Source: Bacteroidota bacterium
Lineage (GTDB): Bacteria; Bacteroidota; Bacteroidia; Chitinophagales; Chitinophagaceae
NCBI GenBank assembly: GCA_040387955.1
Contig: JAZKCS010000002.1
Coordinates: 506,582 to 570,581, forward strand
Reading direction: 5' to 3'
Length of the DNA: 64,000 bases
Shown: positions 54,099 to 63,680 of the stretch, one piece after another
Layout of the letters: each line of letters opens with the position of its first letter
How positions within the stretch are numbered: the first letter of the stretch is position 1
Notes under the pieces: generated by a model
What the model saw: only the letters and a program-made list of their open reading frames with translations
Database searches by the model: none
Told to the model about the DNA's origin: nothing
Translations under genes and position numbers: made by a program

Positions 54099-56420
54099 TT
54101 ATTCCACTATCCTCAACTTAGCATAATTCAGCATGATCTTTTTTTCTCCGTTCAGTTCAAACTGAACAGTAGCTATTGGATTATGAGCAGCACCTTCCAT
54201 TTTCATTACTTCGCCAAATCCAAATTTCTGGTGTTCTACTTTTTGCCCTGCTTGCAAATTACTTGTATCACTTGGGGCAAAATCTACGGAAGGAGTATGT
54301 TCTTTAGTAGTAGGTTTAGGAGGAACTAAATAAGCTGGCCTGCTGCTTTCTGTTTTTTGAGCAGGCTTTTGTGTTGCCCAGAAATTGTTAGCTGCATTGT
54401 TTCCCCATTGCCTTGCACCATTTGTTGATTGATTGCGAATGCCGCCACCAGCAAAGCTTTTGTCTATATACTGTTCAGGCATTTCTTCAATAAAACGACT
54501 TGGCTCATTTTGTTGCAGCTGCCCAAAACGATAACGGGCATTTGCATAAGTAAGCCATAATTTTTTCTTTGCCCTGGTAATAGCCACGTAAAATAAACGG
54601 CGTTCTTCTTCTAACTCTTCCCTTGTGTTAATGCTCATGGAATTAGGAAATAATGTTTCTTCTAATCCACCGACAAAAACACAACTGAACTCTAATCCTT
54701 TTGCCGCATGTATGGTCATCAGCTTAACACTGTCTGCTTCATCTTTATCGTTATCAGAATCCGTTAGTAAAGTGATTTGTTGTAAATATGCACCCAGCCC
54801 TTTATCTCCTACTTCTCCATCTTCTTCATTCATAGGTGTTTCAGTGAACTCTTTAATTGAGTTCAACAACTCCTGTGTATTCTCATATCTTGCTAAACCT
54901 TCTGTAGTTTTATCATTGAATAATTCTTTTACAATTCCCGAATTTTTACCGACGATAAAAGCAAGATCATATGCATTCTTTTTTGTCAGTTCACTTTGAA
55001 ACATTTTTACCATTGTTACAAAATCATTGATCGCCTCAAGCGTACCAGCCTTGAAACCATGCATGGCAGCACTTTCAAGCACCTGCCAAAGTGTGTAATT
55101 ATTATCGTTTGCAATAAGGATCGCTTTTTCAATAGTTGTTTTACCAATACCACGAGTTGGATAATTGATAATACGCTTTAATGCTTCTTCATCATTGGGA
55201 TTAACAACGATACGTAAATAAGCTATCAGGTCCTTTACCTCTTTTCTTTGATAGAAAGATAAGCCGCCATAAATGCGATAAGGAATATTCATCCGTCTTA
55301 GGCTTTCTTCATAAGCCCGGCTTTGAGCATTGGTACGGTATAAAATAGCAAACTCATTATTGAAATAATGATTGCGTAATTTTTCTTCTTGAATAGAATC
55401 AGCAACATATTTTCCTTCTTCATTATCGGTAGCGGTACGTACAAGTTTTATCTTATCACCTTCACCTTTATCTGTCCATAATGTTTTAGGCAATTGATTT
55501 TTATTGTTGCCGATGATCTCATTGGCTACACTCAAAATACTTTTTGTGCTCCGGTAATTCTGTTCAAGCTTCACCACTTTTACATCTTCATAATCCTTTT
55601 CAAACTGTAAAATATTTTCTATGGTAGCTCCACGAAAACTATAAATACTTTGAGCATCGTCACCTACCACACAAATGTTTTCATGCATGGCTCCGAGTAA
55701 CTTCATGATCTCATACTGAGAAGTATTGGTATCCTGGTACTCATCGACCATGATGTATTTGAATTTTTTCTGATACTTAGATAAAGCTTCAGGAAATTTT
55801 TTAAGAAGTATGTACATGTTGAATAATAGATCATCAAAATCCATTGCACCATTCTTAAAACAACGTTTTGCGTAAGCATCAAAAATACGTGCAGTAGCAG
55901 GACGATTGGCCCTTGCATCTTCCTGTTGTATTGCCCAATCGTTGGCATATTCTGCCGGTCCCACTAAACTATTCTTTGCAGCTGATATTCTGTTGTAAAC
56001 TGTGTTGGGCTTGTATTGCTTATCATCAAGTTCCAGTTCATTTATAACAGTTTTAATAACACTTTTTGCATCATCCGTATCATAAATGGTGAAATTACTT
56101 GGATATCCCAGCTTTGTAGCTTCAGCCCTTAGTATTCTTGCAAATACGCTATGAAAAGTTCCGATATATAAATTTCTGGCTTCAGAATTTCCCAATACTT
56201 TTTCCACTCTTTCCTTCATTTCTTTAGCCGCTTTATTTGTAAACGTAAGCGCAAGAATATTAAATGCATCTATGCCATGATGCCCCATTAAATGAGCAAT
56301 ACGGGTAGTCAATACTTTTGTTTTGCCACTTCCGGCGCCGGCAATGATGATGATAGGGCCATCCTTGTGCATTACCGCTTCTCTTTGCGGCTCATTCAAT
56401 TCCTCTAAATAGTTCAGCAT
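54099..56420 (-). CDS. uvrD: UvrD/PcrA/Rep-family ATP-dependent DNA helicase
   Basis: It has the motifs AGAGSGKT and VDEYQDTN, the helicase motif VI region, and a C-terminal Tudor-like tail. Confidence 0.9.
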   Translation of the reverse strand: MLNYLEELNEPQREAVMHKDGPIIIIAGAGSGKTKVLTTRIAHLMGHHGIDAFNILALTFTNKAAKEMKERVEKVLGNSEARNLYIGTFHSVFARILRAEATKLGYPSNFTIYDTDDAKSVIKTVINELELDDKQYKPNTVYNRISAAKNSLVGPAEYANDWAIQQEDARANRPATARIFDAYAKRCFKNGAMDFDDLLFNMYILLKKFPEALSKYQKKFKYIMVDEYQDTNTSQYEIMKLLGAMHENICVVGDDAQSIYSFRGATIENILQFEKDYEDVKVVKLEQNYRSTKSILSVANEIIGNNKNQLPKTLWTDKGEGDKIKLVRTATDNEEGKYVADSIQEEKLRNHYFNNEFAILYRTNAQSRAYEESLRRMNIPYRIYGGLSFYQRKEVKDLIAYLRIVVNPNDEEALKRIINYPTRGIGKTTIEKAILIANDNNYTLWQVLESAAMHGFKAGTLEAINDFVTMVKMFQSELTKKNAYDLAFIVGKNSGIVKELFNDKTTEGLARYENTQELLNSIKEFTETPMNEEDGEVGDKGLGAYLQQITLLTDSDNDKDEADSVKLMTIHAAKGLEFSCVFVGGLEETLFPNSMSINTREELEEERRLFYVAITRAKKKLWLTYANARYRFGQLQQNEPSRFIEEMPEQYIDKSFAGGGIRNQSTNGARQWGNNAANNFWATQKPAQKTESSRPAYLVPPKPTTKEHTPSVDFAPSDTSNLQAGQKVEHQKFGFGEVMKMEGAAHNPIATVQFELNGEKKIMLNYAKLRIVE

Positions 56421-56585
56421 TTTGCGAAGTTACGAATAGCTGAATTGAGGTTGAAGACTGTGAAGAAATATTTTATGTTACTATACCCGATACGGTCAAT
56501 GTTCAAACGTTAAATCTTACATGCCAATGACAAAAAAACGCACTCTTTTTTTTAAATTGTATCATCAAATTTAAAAACCGCTATT

Positions 56586-56963
56586 ATGAAAAATAAATTT
56601 TTATCAATACTGTTTTTATTTGCTGTATTGATCACTATAAACGTTTCCTGTTCAAAAGATGATTCAAGCCCAACACCCAGCGGCGGAGGCACACCCCCTC
56701 CAGGAGGCTCAGGCGGAAAAACTGTTAATATCACTGATTTTGCTTTTTCTGCATCGTTAACTGTTGCTGCAGGAACAACTGTAACCTGGACAAATAAAGG
56801 AGCTACTACACATACTGTAACATCGGATGATGGAACAAGTTTTGACTCAGGAAATATTCCTCCGAGCGGAACTTATTCTCATAAGTTTGATGCTGCAGGG
56901 TCATTTCCTTATCATTGTGAACTCCATGGATCAATGCAATCATCAGTGACTGTAACTCCGTAA
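56586..56963 (+). CDS. cupredoxin (plastocyanin/azurin-family blue copper) lipoprotein
   Basis: It has the lipobox VSCSKD and a Gly/Pro linker. The type-1 Cu ligands are H(TVTS) and YHCELHGSM. Confidence 0.8.
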   Translation: MKNKFLSILFLFAVLITINVSCSKDDSSPTPSGGGTPPPGGSGGKTVNITDFAFSASLTVAAGTTVTWTNKGATTHTVTSDDGTSFDSGNIPPSGTYSHKFDAAGSFPYHCELHGSMQSSVTVTP

Positions 56964-57004
56964 GCCGACAAAACTATTTTGTCTTCATTGTCGTAAATTA
57001 TTGT

Positions 57005-57727
57005 ATGATAAGATTACTGTCATTACTATTGATAAATGCGTTGTTTTCATGTGATAAAGAAAATGTTTCACCAACTCCTGTGATTACAGATAGTACAACA
57101 ATGTCTCCTAAAAAAGATACTACCTATTACTGGCTTGCCTTGGGAGATTCGTACACTATTGGTCAATCGGTGGCAACAACAGATAGATACCCGGTACAAA
57201 CCGCAGCAATATTGGAGAAAGACACTATACATTTTGCGGCACCGGAAATAATTGCACAAACAGGCTGGACAACAGCAAATCTTATCAATAGAATAAACAG
57301 TACACCACCAACAAAAAATAAGTATGATATCGTATCATTATTGATAGGTGTTAATAATCAATATCAAGGTTTAAGTCAAGATCAATATAGAACAGAATTT
57401 ACTTTGTTGTTGAATAAGGCAATAGCTTTTGCAAATAATAAAATTGATCGTGTAATTGTTTTATCTATTCCTGATTATAGTGTTACGCCTTTTGCTACCA
57501 GCTCAGACACTGCAAGTATAAGGGCAGAAATAGATGCGTTCAATCTTATCAATAAACAAATATCGATGACTGCCGGTGTTCATTATATTGATATAACCTC
57601 CTCTACAAGAATGGCACTTACTGATGCAAGCCTCATTGCATTTGACGGGCTACATCCTTCCGGTAAGGAATATGCAAAATGGGCCGAATGGCTTGCCCCT
57701 ATAATTAAGAACGCATTAAAAAATTAA
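57005..57727 (+). CDS. SGNH/GDSL-family hydrolase
   Basis: It has LALGDSYT (block I), GVNN (block III), and DGLHPS (block V). Confidence 0.8.
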   Translation: MIRLLSLLLINALFSCDKENVSPTPVITDSTTMSPKKDTTYYWLALGDSYTIGQSVATTDRYPVQTAAILEKDTIHFAAPEIIAQTGWTTANLINRINSTPPTKNKYDIVSLLIGVNNQYQGLSQDQYRTEFTLLLNKAIAFANNKIDRVIVLSIPDYSVTPFATSSDTASIRAEIDAFNLINKQISMTAGVHYIDITSSTRMALTDASLIAFDGLHPSGKEYAKWAEWLAPIIKNALKN

Positions 57728-57824
57728 TATCGGTTTTAGTTTCATCAAATAAATAGTTAACTTTAAAAGACCAGAATAGACCTTAGACAATAGCAATCAA
57801 TTGAAAATAAAATGGATCAATAAG

Positions 57825-59168
57825 ATGAAATCTATTCTACTTGTGTTGTTCTTTTTTGCAGCAACAAACTTAATAGCTCAGCCTACACTTTCACTTACAC
57901 AGGTTATTAAAAATTTAAGCAGCCCCATGCAATTGGTAAATACCGGGGATGGTTCCGGAAGAATATTCATTGTACAAAAAGGTGGAAGGATACAGGTATA
58001 TAGTAAAAACTATGATTCCATAGGGATATTTTTAAATGTAACAGGAATTACAAGCAATGGAGAAAGAGGGTTATTGAGCATGGCCTTTCATCCTGAATAC
58101 AAGACCAACGGTTTTTTTTATGTTTATTATACCAATGGAAATGGGGATCTTGAATTGGCAAGGTACCGGGTAAGCACAAACGCAAATGTTGCCAACGCTG
58201 CATCAAAGGTTATACTTAAAACCATTCCACATCCCGGCCAATCCAATCACAATGGTGGAGAACTTCATTTTGGGAAAGACAGTTGTTTGTATTTATCAAC
58301 AGGAGATGGTGGGGGAGGTGGAGACCAGTCAAATAATGCACAAAACACAACAGTGCTTTTAGGGAAAATATTACGTTTTAAAGTCGACACATCGAATGTT
58401 GCTCCGTATTATGATCTTAGCGTAAATGCACAAAATCCTTTTAATAATGAAGTATATTCTTTAGGGTTAAGAAACCCTTTCAGATGGAGTTTTGATGCAT
58501 TGACCGGAGATATGTGGATAGGTGATGTAGGACAGAACTCTTATGAAGAAATAAATTTTCGTCGGGCAGATTCTTTAAGAGGAACAAATTATGGATGGCG
58601 TTGTTATGAAGGGAATAACTCATTTAATCTTGCAGGATGTGCAGGTAAATCAAATTATATTTTTCCGGTGTATACTTATCCTACACTAAGTCCTAGGGCT
58701 ATAACAGGGGGAACTGTATATAGGGGGCAAACTTATTTAGACATGTATGGTTATTATATAGGTGCAGATTTTTATTCAGATACTTTTTATATAATAAAAC
58801 ATTCCACAGGCACAGACACTGTATTAAAAAAACAAAAATTATCTCCTTCAAACATGTCAGATTTTGGTGAAACAGAAGATGGGGAATTGTATGCAGTTTC
58901 ATTAACTGCAAATGCAGTTTATCGTATTAAAGCAAATGGTGCCATACACTATATCTTTAATGGAAATGGTAATTGGGAAGATGCAAATAACTGGAGCAAT
59001 AAAACCATTCCTCCGCCGACATTACCTGCTGGATATGTTATCACAATTGATCCTATTGACACAGGTGAGTGTGTTTTAAATGAAACGCAAACCATCTCGG
59101 CAGGGGCTACTATTAATATCTTACCGGATGCTAAATTCCGGATAATCAAAGACCTCATTATCCAGTAA
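57825..59168 (+). CDS. PQQ-dependent sugar dehydrogenase (sorbosone/soluble glucose dehydrogenase-like beta-propeller) with an unassigned C-terminal extension of about 70 aa
   Basis: It has the motifs GERGLLSMAFHP, NHNGGELHFG, GLRNPFRWSFD and GDVGQNSYEEIN. I take the start at ATG 57825. Confidence 0.8.
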   Translation: MKSILLVLFFFAATNLIAQPTLSLTQVIKNLSSPMQLVNTGDGSGRIFIVQKGGRIQVYSKNYDSIGIFLNVTGITSNGERGLLSMAFHPEYKTNGFFYVYYTNGNGDLELARYRVSTNANVANAASKVILKTIPHPGQSNHNGGELHFGKDSCLYLSTGDGGGGGDQSNNAQNTTVLLGKILRFKVDTSNVAPYYDLSVNAQNPFNNEVYSLGLRNPFRWSFDALTGDMWIGDVGQNSYEEINFRRADSLRGTNYGWRCYEGNNSFNLAGCAGKSNYIFPVYTYPTLSPRAITGGTVYRGQTYLDMYGYYIGADFYSDTFYIIKHSTGTDTVLKKQKLSPSNMSDFGETEDGELYAVSLTANAVYRIKANGAIHYIFNGNGNWEDANNWSNKTIPPPTLPAGYVITIDPIDTGECVLNETQTISAGATINILPDAKFRIIKDLIIQ

Positions 59169-59232
59169 AATGATTTTTGTATGACATTGGATGTTTAAAC
59201 ATTTATTATCTTGTTTAGATAAAACCTTGTTT

Positions 59233-59592
59233 ATGAAACATTCATTTCTTTCCCTGATATTTTTACTTACAACAATTAGCGTATTAAATTTTTCATGTAG
59301 TAAAGATGATAGTGGAGGTAACACTCCCCCTAACACTGTAAATATTTTAGATGATTCTTTTTCTCCTTCATCACTAACCGTTGCAAAAGGCACAGCTGTT
59401 ACCTGGAAAAATTTAGGAGCATCTGAGCATACTGTAACTTCCGATACAGGCTCAGAATTAGATAGTGGAACAATGGAGTCAGGAGATACTTTTACGCATA
59501 CATTCAATACTGCAGGCACATATCCGTATTATTGCATATTCCATGGGTCGCCAGGGTCGGGAATGATAGGTACTGTAATTGTTACGCCATAA
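59233..59592 (+). CDS. cupredoxin (plastocyanin/azurin-family), paralog of 56586-56963
   Basis: It has the lipobox FSCSKD and the ligands H(TVTS) and YYCIFHGSPGSGM. It aligns along its full length with the first copy. Confidence 0.8.
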   Translation: MKHSFLSLIFLLTTISVLNFSCSKDDSGGNTPPNTVNILDDSFSPSSLTVAKGTAVTWKNLGASEHTVTSDTGSELDSGTMESGDTFTHTFNTAGTYPYYCIFHGSPGSGMIGTVIVTP

Positions 59593-59595
59593 GAA

Positions 59596-60081
59596 TTATG
59601 CAAACTCAATAGCAGTTTCTTTTACTACAGGTAAAAATAAATACCAGCATAATCCTAAAAGAAGAAAGCTATTATCAATATCATTTGTATTGTGAAATAG
59701 AGCTACATTATCATCTGTATTCAATCCGCAGCTGACCAATGGTTCAGAAAGCTCATTATTAAAAATGATCATTTCTGAGAAAGGATTTTTTTGCAAACGG
59801 TAATTATATTTTTTATCCTCAATGATCACATTGCCTTGATTATTCAGCCATTTATCATGTACCAACGATCCTATCTCTGAACCGTACTCATTTTTAAAAA
59901 CGGTTTTTTGTTTCAGTGATCCTATTGTTTCAACATATACAAGTTTGTGATATTTACCGCAGGTGATACGGGCAGAATGATGCAGCGGATTGTATTTTAA
60001 GATCACTTTGCGTTCTCCATTTTCGGTTAAATGGTATTCCTGCAAGGCCGAAGCCGGATTACTAACTAAAAGCCATTTCAT
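59596..60081 (-). CDS. hypothetical protein
   Basis: This is an ORF only. I choose the start at MKWLLVS. Confidence 0.45.
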   Translation of the reverse strand: MKWLLVSNPASALQEYHLTENGERKVILKYNPLHHSARITCGKYHKLVYVETIGSLKQKTVFKNEYGSEIGSLVHDKWLNNQGNVIIEDKKYNYRLQKNPFSEMIIFNNELSEPLVSCGLNTDDNVALFHNTNDIDNSFLLLGLCWYLFLPVVKETAIEFA

Positions 60082-60303
60082 AAATAAGCAGTTGAGGTAT
60101 CTAAAGTAAAATACATTTTTACATAAATGCAAGCATTTTGCATTGGTAATAATTAGATAACAACGATTGTGCATAAATCGATTTTATTAAGATGAGTTCA
60201 TTAGGGCTATAAATACAAAATTGCCTACAGATAAGGGTTTTGTAAAAACTAAAGATTTTACTAAAAAAATACTAAAAAAATTAGTGTATATAAAAAAAAC
60301 CAT

Positions 60304-60311
60304 TATCTTTG
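60304..60311 (+). promoter_or_regulatory. sigmaA-type -7 box TATCTTTG
   Basis: It lies 59 nt upstream of the recA ATG. Confidence 0.45.
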
Positions 60312-60369
60312 GTACTCATTATTACTTTTACAACGCAAAACCAGATACATCACTTTAAAAACAAAACAC

Positions 60370-61389
60370 ATGGCAAACACAGAAAATTTAGAGAAATCAG
60401 AAAAATTTAAGGCGCTGAAATTAACCATCGATAAGATCGATAAGGATTTCGGAAAAGGATCGGTAATGATGATGGGGGATAAACCTCATTTAGAGCAGGA
60501 AGTTATTTCAACAGGTTCTTTAGGATTAGACGTGGCATTGGGAATTGGCGGTTTGCCAAAAGGAAGAGTAGTAGAAATATATGGCCCGGAAAGTAGTGGA
60601 AAAACAACCATTGCTACACATGTGATCGCAGAAGCACAGAAAAAAGGCGGCATGTGTGCGTTTATAGATGCAGAACATGCTTTTGATAGTTCATATGCAA
60701 AAAAATTAGGTGTCGATATAGATAATTTGTTGATCTCTCAACCGGATTATGGCGAACAGGCTTTGGAAATTGCAGACAGGCTGATCTTATCAGGTGCATT
60801 GGATGTAGTTGTGATAGATTCAGTAGCAGCATTGGTTCCTAAAAGCGAATTAGAAGGAGAAATGGGAGATAGCAAAATGGGCTTACAAGCAAGATTGATG
60901 AGCCAGGCATTGCGTAAGTTGACTGCTACCATTGCTAAAACAAATTGTTGTTGCATTTTCATCAACCAGTTAAGAGAAAAGATCGGTGTAATGTTCGGTA
61001 ATCCCGAAACAACTACCGGCGGTAATGCATTAAAATTCTATGCTTCTGTACGTTTGGATATCCGTCGTATGGCGCAGATAAAAGATGGCGATGAAGCAAT
61101 AGGTAACAGAGTGAAAGTGAAAGTGGTGAAAAATAAAGTTGCTCCTCCTTTCCGTAATGCCGAATTCGATATCATTTTTGGAGAAGGTATTTCTAAAACA
61201 GGTGAGATCATTGATATGGGAGTAGAATTAGGCATTGTACAAAAAAGCGGAAGCTGGTTTAGTTATGATGCTAATAAACTTGGACAAGGAAGAGATTCGG
61301 TAAAACAATTATTGTTAGATAACCCAGAAATGGCAAAAGAAATAGAAGCTAAGATCAGAGCTAAGATCGCAGAGATCGCTGCCGCATAA
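60370..61389 (+). CDS. recA: recombinase RecA
   Basis: It has the motifs GPESSGKTT, the L1/L2 loops, and [14 protein letters not shown]. Confidence 0.97.
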   Translation: MANTENLEKSEKFKALKLTIDKIDKDFGKGSVMMMGDKPHLEQEVISTGSLGLDVALGIGGLPKGRVVEIYGPESSGKTTIATHVIAEAQKKGGMCAFIDAEHAFDSSYAKKLGVDIDNLLISQPDYGEQALEIADRLILSGALDVVVIDSVAALVPKSELEGEMGDSKMGLQARLMSQALRKLTATIAKTNCCCIFINQLREKIGVMFGNPETTTGGNALKFYASVRLDIRRMAQIKDGDEAIGNRVKVKVVKNKVAPPFRNAEFDIIFGEGISKTGEIIDMGVELGIVQKSGSWFSYDANKLGQGRDSVKQLLLDNPEMAKEIEAKIRAKIAEIAAA

Positions 61390-61425
61390 GATAAAAGTAT
61401 AGTTGGGTTAGTAACTACTATATAG

Positions 61426-61452
61426 AGCCACTTCGAAAGGAGTGGCTTTTTT
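61426..61452 (+). terminator. intrinsic terminator of recA
   Basis: The stem is AGCCACT-loop-AGTGGCT, followed by TTTTTT. Confidence 0.75.
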
Positions 61453-61455
61453 ATA

Positions 61456-62334
61456 TCAATTATTTTTTTTTAAGATCCTATTAAATAAGGTACCAATAGT
61501 TAAAGGAATAGACCTAAGCCAGATAGCCAATTGAATGAAAGTAGTAAAGACTTTGTGTTCGCTTGCCCCATAATGTTTCTTCACGAAAATACCCATAGCA
61601 CCATAGAAATTTTTCACATAATTCAGGTCGCCTTTTTTTGTACTCTCGCCTTTGAAATGAATGATAGATGTCCCTGCAAAATAATAATTATTAAATCCGG
61701 CTTGTTGTATTCTGTAGCTTAGATCAATATCCTCACCATACATAAAAAATTGTTCATCAAAGGAACCGACAGTATCAATAACATCTTTTCTTACAAGCAT
61801 GTATGCCCCAGAAAGAACATCTACTTCATTGTTTTCATTTTCATCAAGATGGCCGAGGTAGTATCCTGCAAACGTTTTTGACCTTGGAAAGATAGAAGTC
61901 AATCCACTCATTTTACAAAAGGTATTCCACAATGTTGGCTTACCTCTTTTGCTTTCTTTTAAATAATTACCGTTTCCATCAAACATCTTAACACCCAATG
62001 CTCCTGTTATTATTTGGTCTTCAATATGTGATAGACATTTTTCAAAACAATCTTCAGAAACAATTGTATCAGGATTTAAAAATAAAATGTATTTACCGGC
62101 AGCTTTTGTTACGGCGATATTGTTTGCCTTTGCAAAACCAACATTTTCTTTATTCCAGACAAATTGTACTTCACGAAATTTGCCGGAGAAAAAATCCTTA
62201 CTACCATCAGTTGAATTGTTATCTACAACAAATATTTCTGTCTGAATATTTTTAGAGGCCTGCAATACAGAAATAAGGCATTTTTCTAAAAACTCCTTTA
62301 CGTTATAATTTACTATGATGACGGACAGTTGCAA
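61456..62334 (-). CDS. family 2 glycosyltransferase
   Basis: It has VIIVNYN, VVDNNSTDGS, and a DxD-like region (YGEDIDL). Confidence 0.85.
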   Translation of the reverse strand: MQLSVIIVNYNVKEFLEKCLISVLQASKNIQTEIFVVDNNSTDGSKDFFSGKFREVQFVWNKENVGFAKANNIAVTKAAGKYILFLNPDTIVSEDCFEKCLSHIEDQIITGALGVKMFDGNGNYLKESKRGKPTLWNTFCKMSGLTSIFPRSKTFAGYYLGHLDENENNEVDVLSGAYMLVRKDVIDTVGSFDEQFFMYGEDIDLSYRIQQAGFNNYYFAGTSIIHFKGESTKKGDLNYVKNFYGAMGIFVKKHYGASEHKVFTTFIQLAIWLRSIPLTIGTLFNRILKKNN

Positions 62335-62423
62335 AAATTAATTGTTTGCCACGAATTACGGCTTTTTTATCGAAATCTTAAAACTAAGCTTTATAAGTAC
62401 CTATCGGTCAAAACCAAGTTTGT

Positions 62424-62431
62424 TATATTTG
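62424..62431 (+). promoter_or_regulatory. sigmaA-type -7 box TATATTTG
   Basis: It ends 4 nt before ATG 62436, which implies a leaderless or near-leaderless mRNA. Confidence 0.45.
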
Positions 62432-62435
62432 CGCC

Positions 62436-63212
62436 ATGATTAAATCCACATTAATAAAAGCTACAGAAGAAGGCGCAAAAGAATTAAAAAGGTTTTTTAA
62501 CGGCGAATTTAAAATTTCCAATAAAGAAGGCATTAATAATTTGGTAACTGAGGCTGATCATGCTGCTGAAAAAGCAATTATAGATATTATAAAGAATGAT
62601 TATCCTGATCATTTTATATTAAGTGAAGAAGCCGGAGAAATAGTAACAGATAGTGAATACAAATGGATCATTGATCCTATAGATGGCACTGTAAATTTTT
62701 CAAACGGAATACCTATTTGTTGTGTAAGCATCGGTCTGGAACACAATGGAAAGATGGTGATGGGTGCGGTATACAATCCATTGATGAATGAATTTTACTT
62801 TGCACAAAAAGGTTTTGGCGCTACGCTGAATGATAAAAAAATATCAGTAAGTAATAAAACAGAACTGATCAAATGCTGTATGGTGACCGGTTTCCCATAT
62901 TCTTACCTAGATATGCCAAACGGTCCGTTAGAAACGTTTGAAAAATTTATCCGTAAAGGCGTGCCTGTAAGAAGGTTGGGAAGTGCAGCAATAGATCTTT
63001 GTTGGGTAGCCGCAGGTAGATTTGATGCATTTTTCGAACACAGTCTGAGCCCATGGGATAGCGCAGCAGGATATTTAATGGTGGAAGAAGCTGGCGGTAA
63101 AGTCACTGATATGGAAGGCAATCCTTATTCTCCCTACCAGAAAAAGATCATTGCTTCAAACGGGAAAGTTCATGACGAATTAGTAAGAGTTGTAAATGGA
63201 GGGAGCTTTTAA
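62436..63212 (+). CDS. inositol monophosphatase family protein
   Basis: It has the motifs LSEE, WIIDPIDGTVNF, and WDSAAG. Confidence 0.9.
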   Translation: MIKSTLIKATEEGAKELKRFFNGEFKISNKEGINNLVTEADHAAEKAIIDIIKNDYPDHFILSEEAGEIVTDSEYKWIIDPIDGTVNFSNGIPICCVSIGLEHNGKMVMGAVYNPLMNEFYFAQKGFGATLNDKKISVSNKTELIKCCMVTGFPYSYLDMPNGPLETFEKFIRKGVPVRRLGSAAIDLCWVAAGRFDAFFEHSLSPWDSAAGYLMVEEAGGKVTDMEGNPYSPYQKKIIASNGKVHDELVRVVNGGSF

Positions 63213-63227
63213 ATATTTACGACTTAC

Positions 63228-63246
63228 GATGTAAGAAGTACGATGT
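63228..63246 (+). repeat. left arm of the inverted repeat bracketing the four-helix-bundle gene (GATGTAAGAAGTACGATGT)
   Basis: It matches the reverse complement of 63650-63668 at 17 of 19 positions. TACGA pentamers are reiterated in both flanks. Confidence 0.65.
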
Positions 63247-63277
63247 TAGCAACCTAAATAAAGATTTAACCGTCTTT

Positions 63278-63643
63278 ATGGTAAAAGTAAATATGGGTCC
63301 CATCGAAATGCTAAGCCGTACAAAACAATTTGCAATTGATTGTGCTTACTTGACAATTTCTTTACCTTTATCGGATATAAATAAAGCTTATAGAAATCAA
63401 TTGATAAGATCAAGTAGTGGAGCGGCAGCAAATTACAGAGCTACCCGGAGGGCTAAATCCACAGCAGACTTTATTAATAAATTAAAAATTACGGAAGAAG
63501 AATTAGATGAATCGCTTTTCTTTTTAGAAATGATAGCAGAATTTAATAAAAATAAAAGAGAGATTATTGTTCCAATATATAGATCAGGCGAAGAATTGTT
63601 GAAAATTGTTGTAGCATCTATAAAAACATCCCGAACTAAATAA
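63278..63643 (+). CDS. four-helix-bundle protein (23S rRNA intervening-sequence protein / Avd-like family)
   Basis: The segment QLIRSSSGAAANYRATRRAKSTADFINKLKITEEELDESLFFLEMI matches the family signature. Confidence 0.75.
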   Translation: MVKVNMGPIEMLSRTKQFAIDCAYLTISLPLSDINKAYRNQLIRSSSGAAANYRATRRAKSTADFINKLKITEEELDESLFFLEMIAEFNKNKREIIVPIYRSGEELLKIVVASIKTSRTK

Positions 63644-63649
63644 TATCGT

Positions 63650-63668
63650 AAATCGTACTTCGTACATC
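63650..63668 (-). repeat. right arm of the inverted repeat bracketing the four-helix-bundle gene
   Basis: The forward sequence is AAATCGTACTTCGTACATC, whose reverse complement is GATGTACGAAGTACGATTT. Confidence 0.65.
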
Positions 63669-63680
63669 AGACATATAAAA

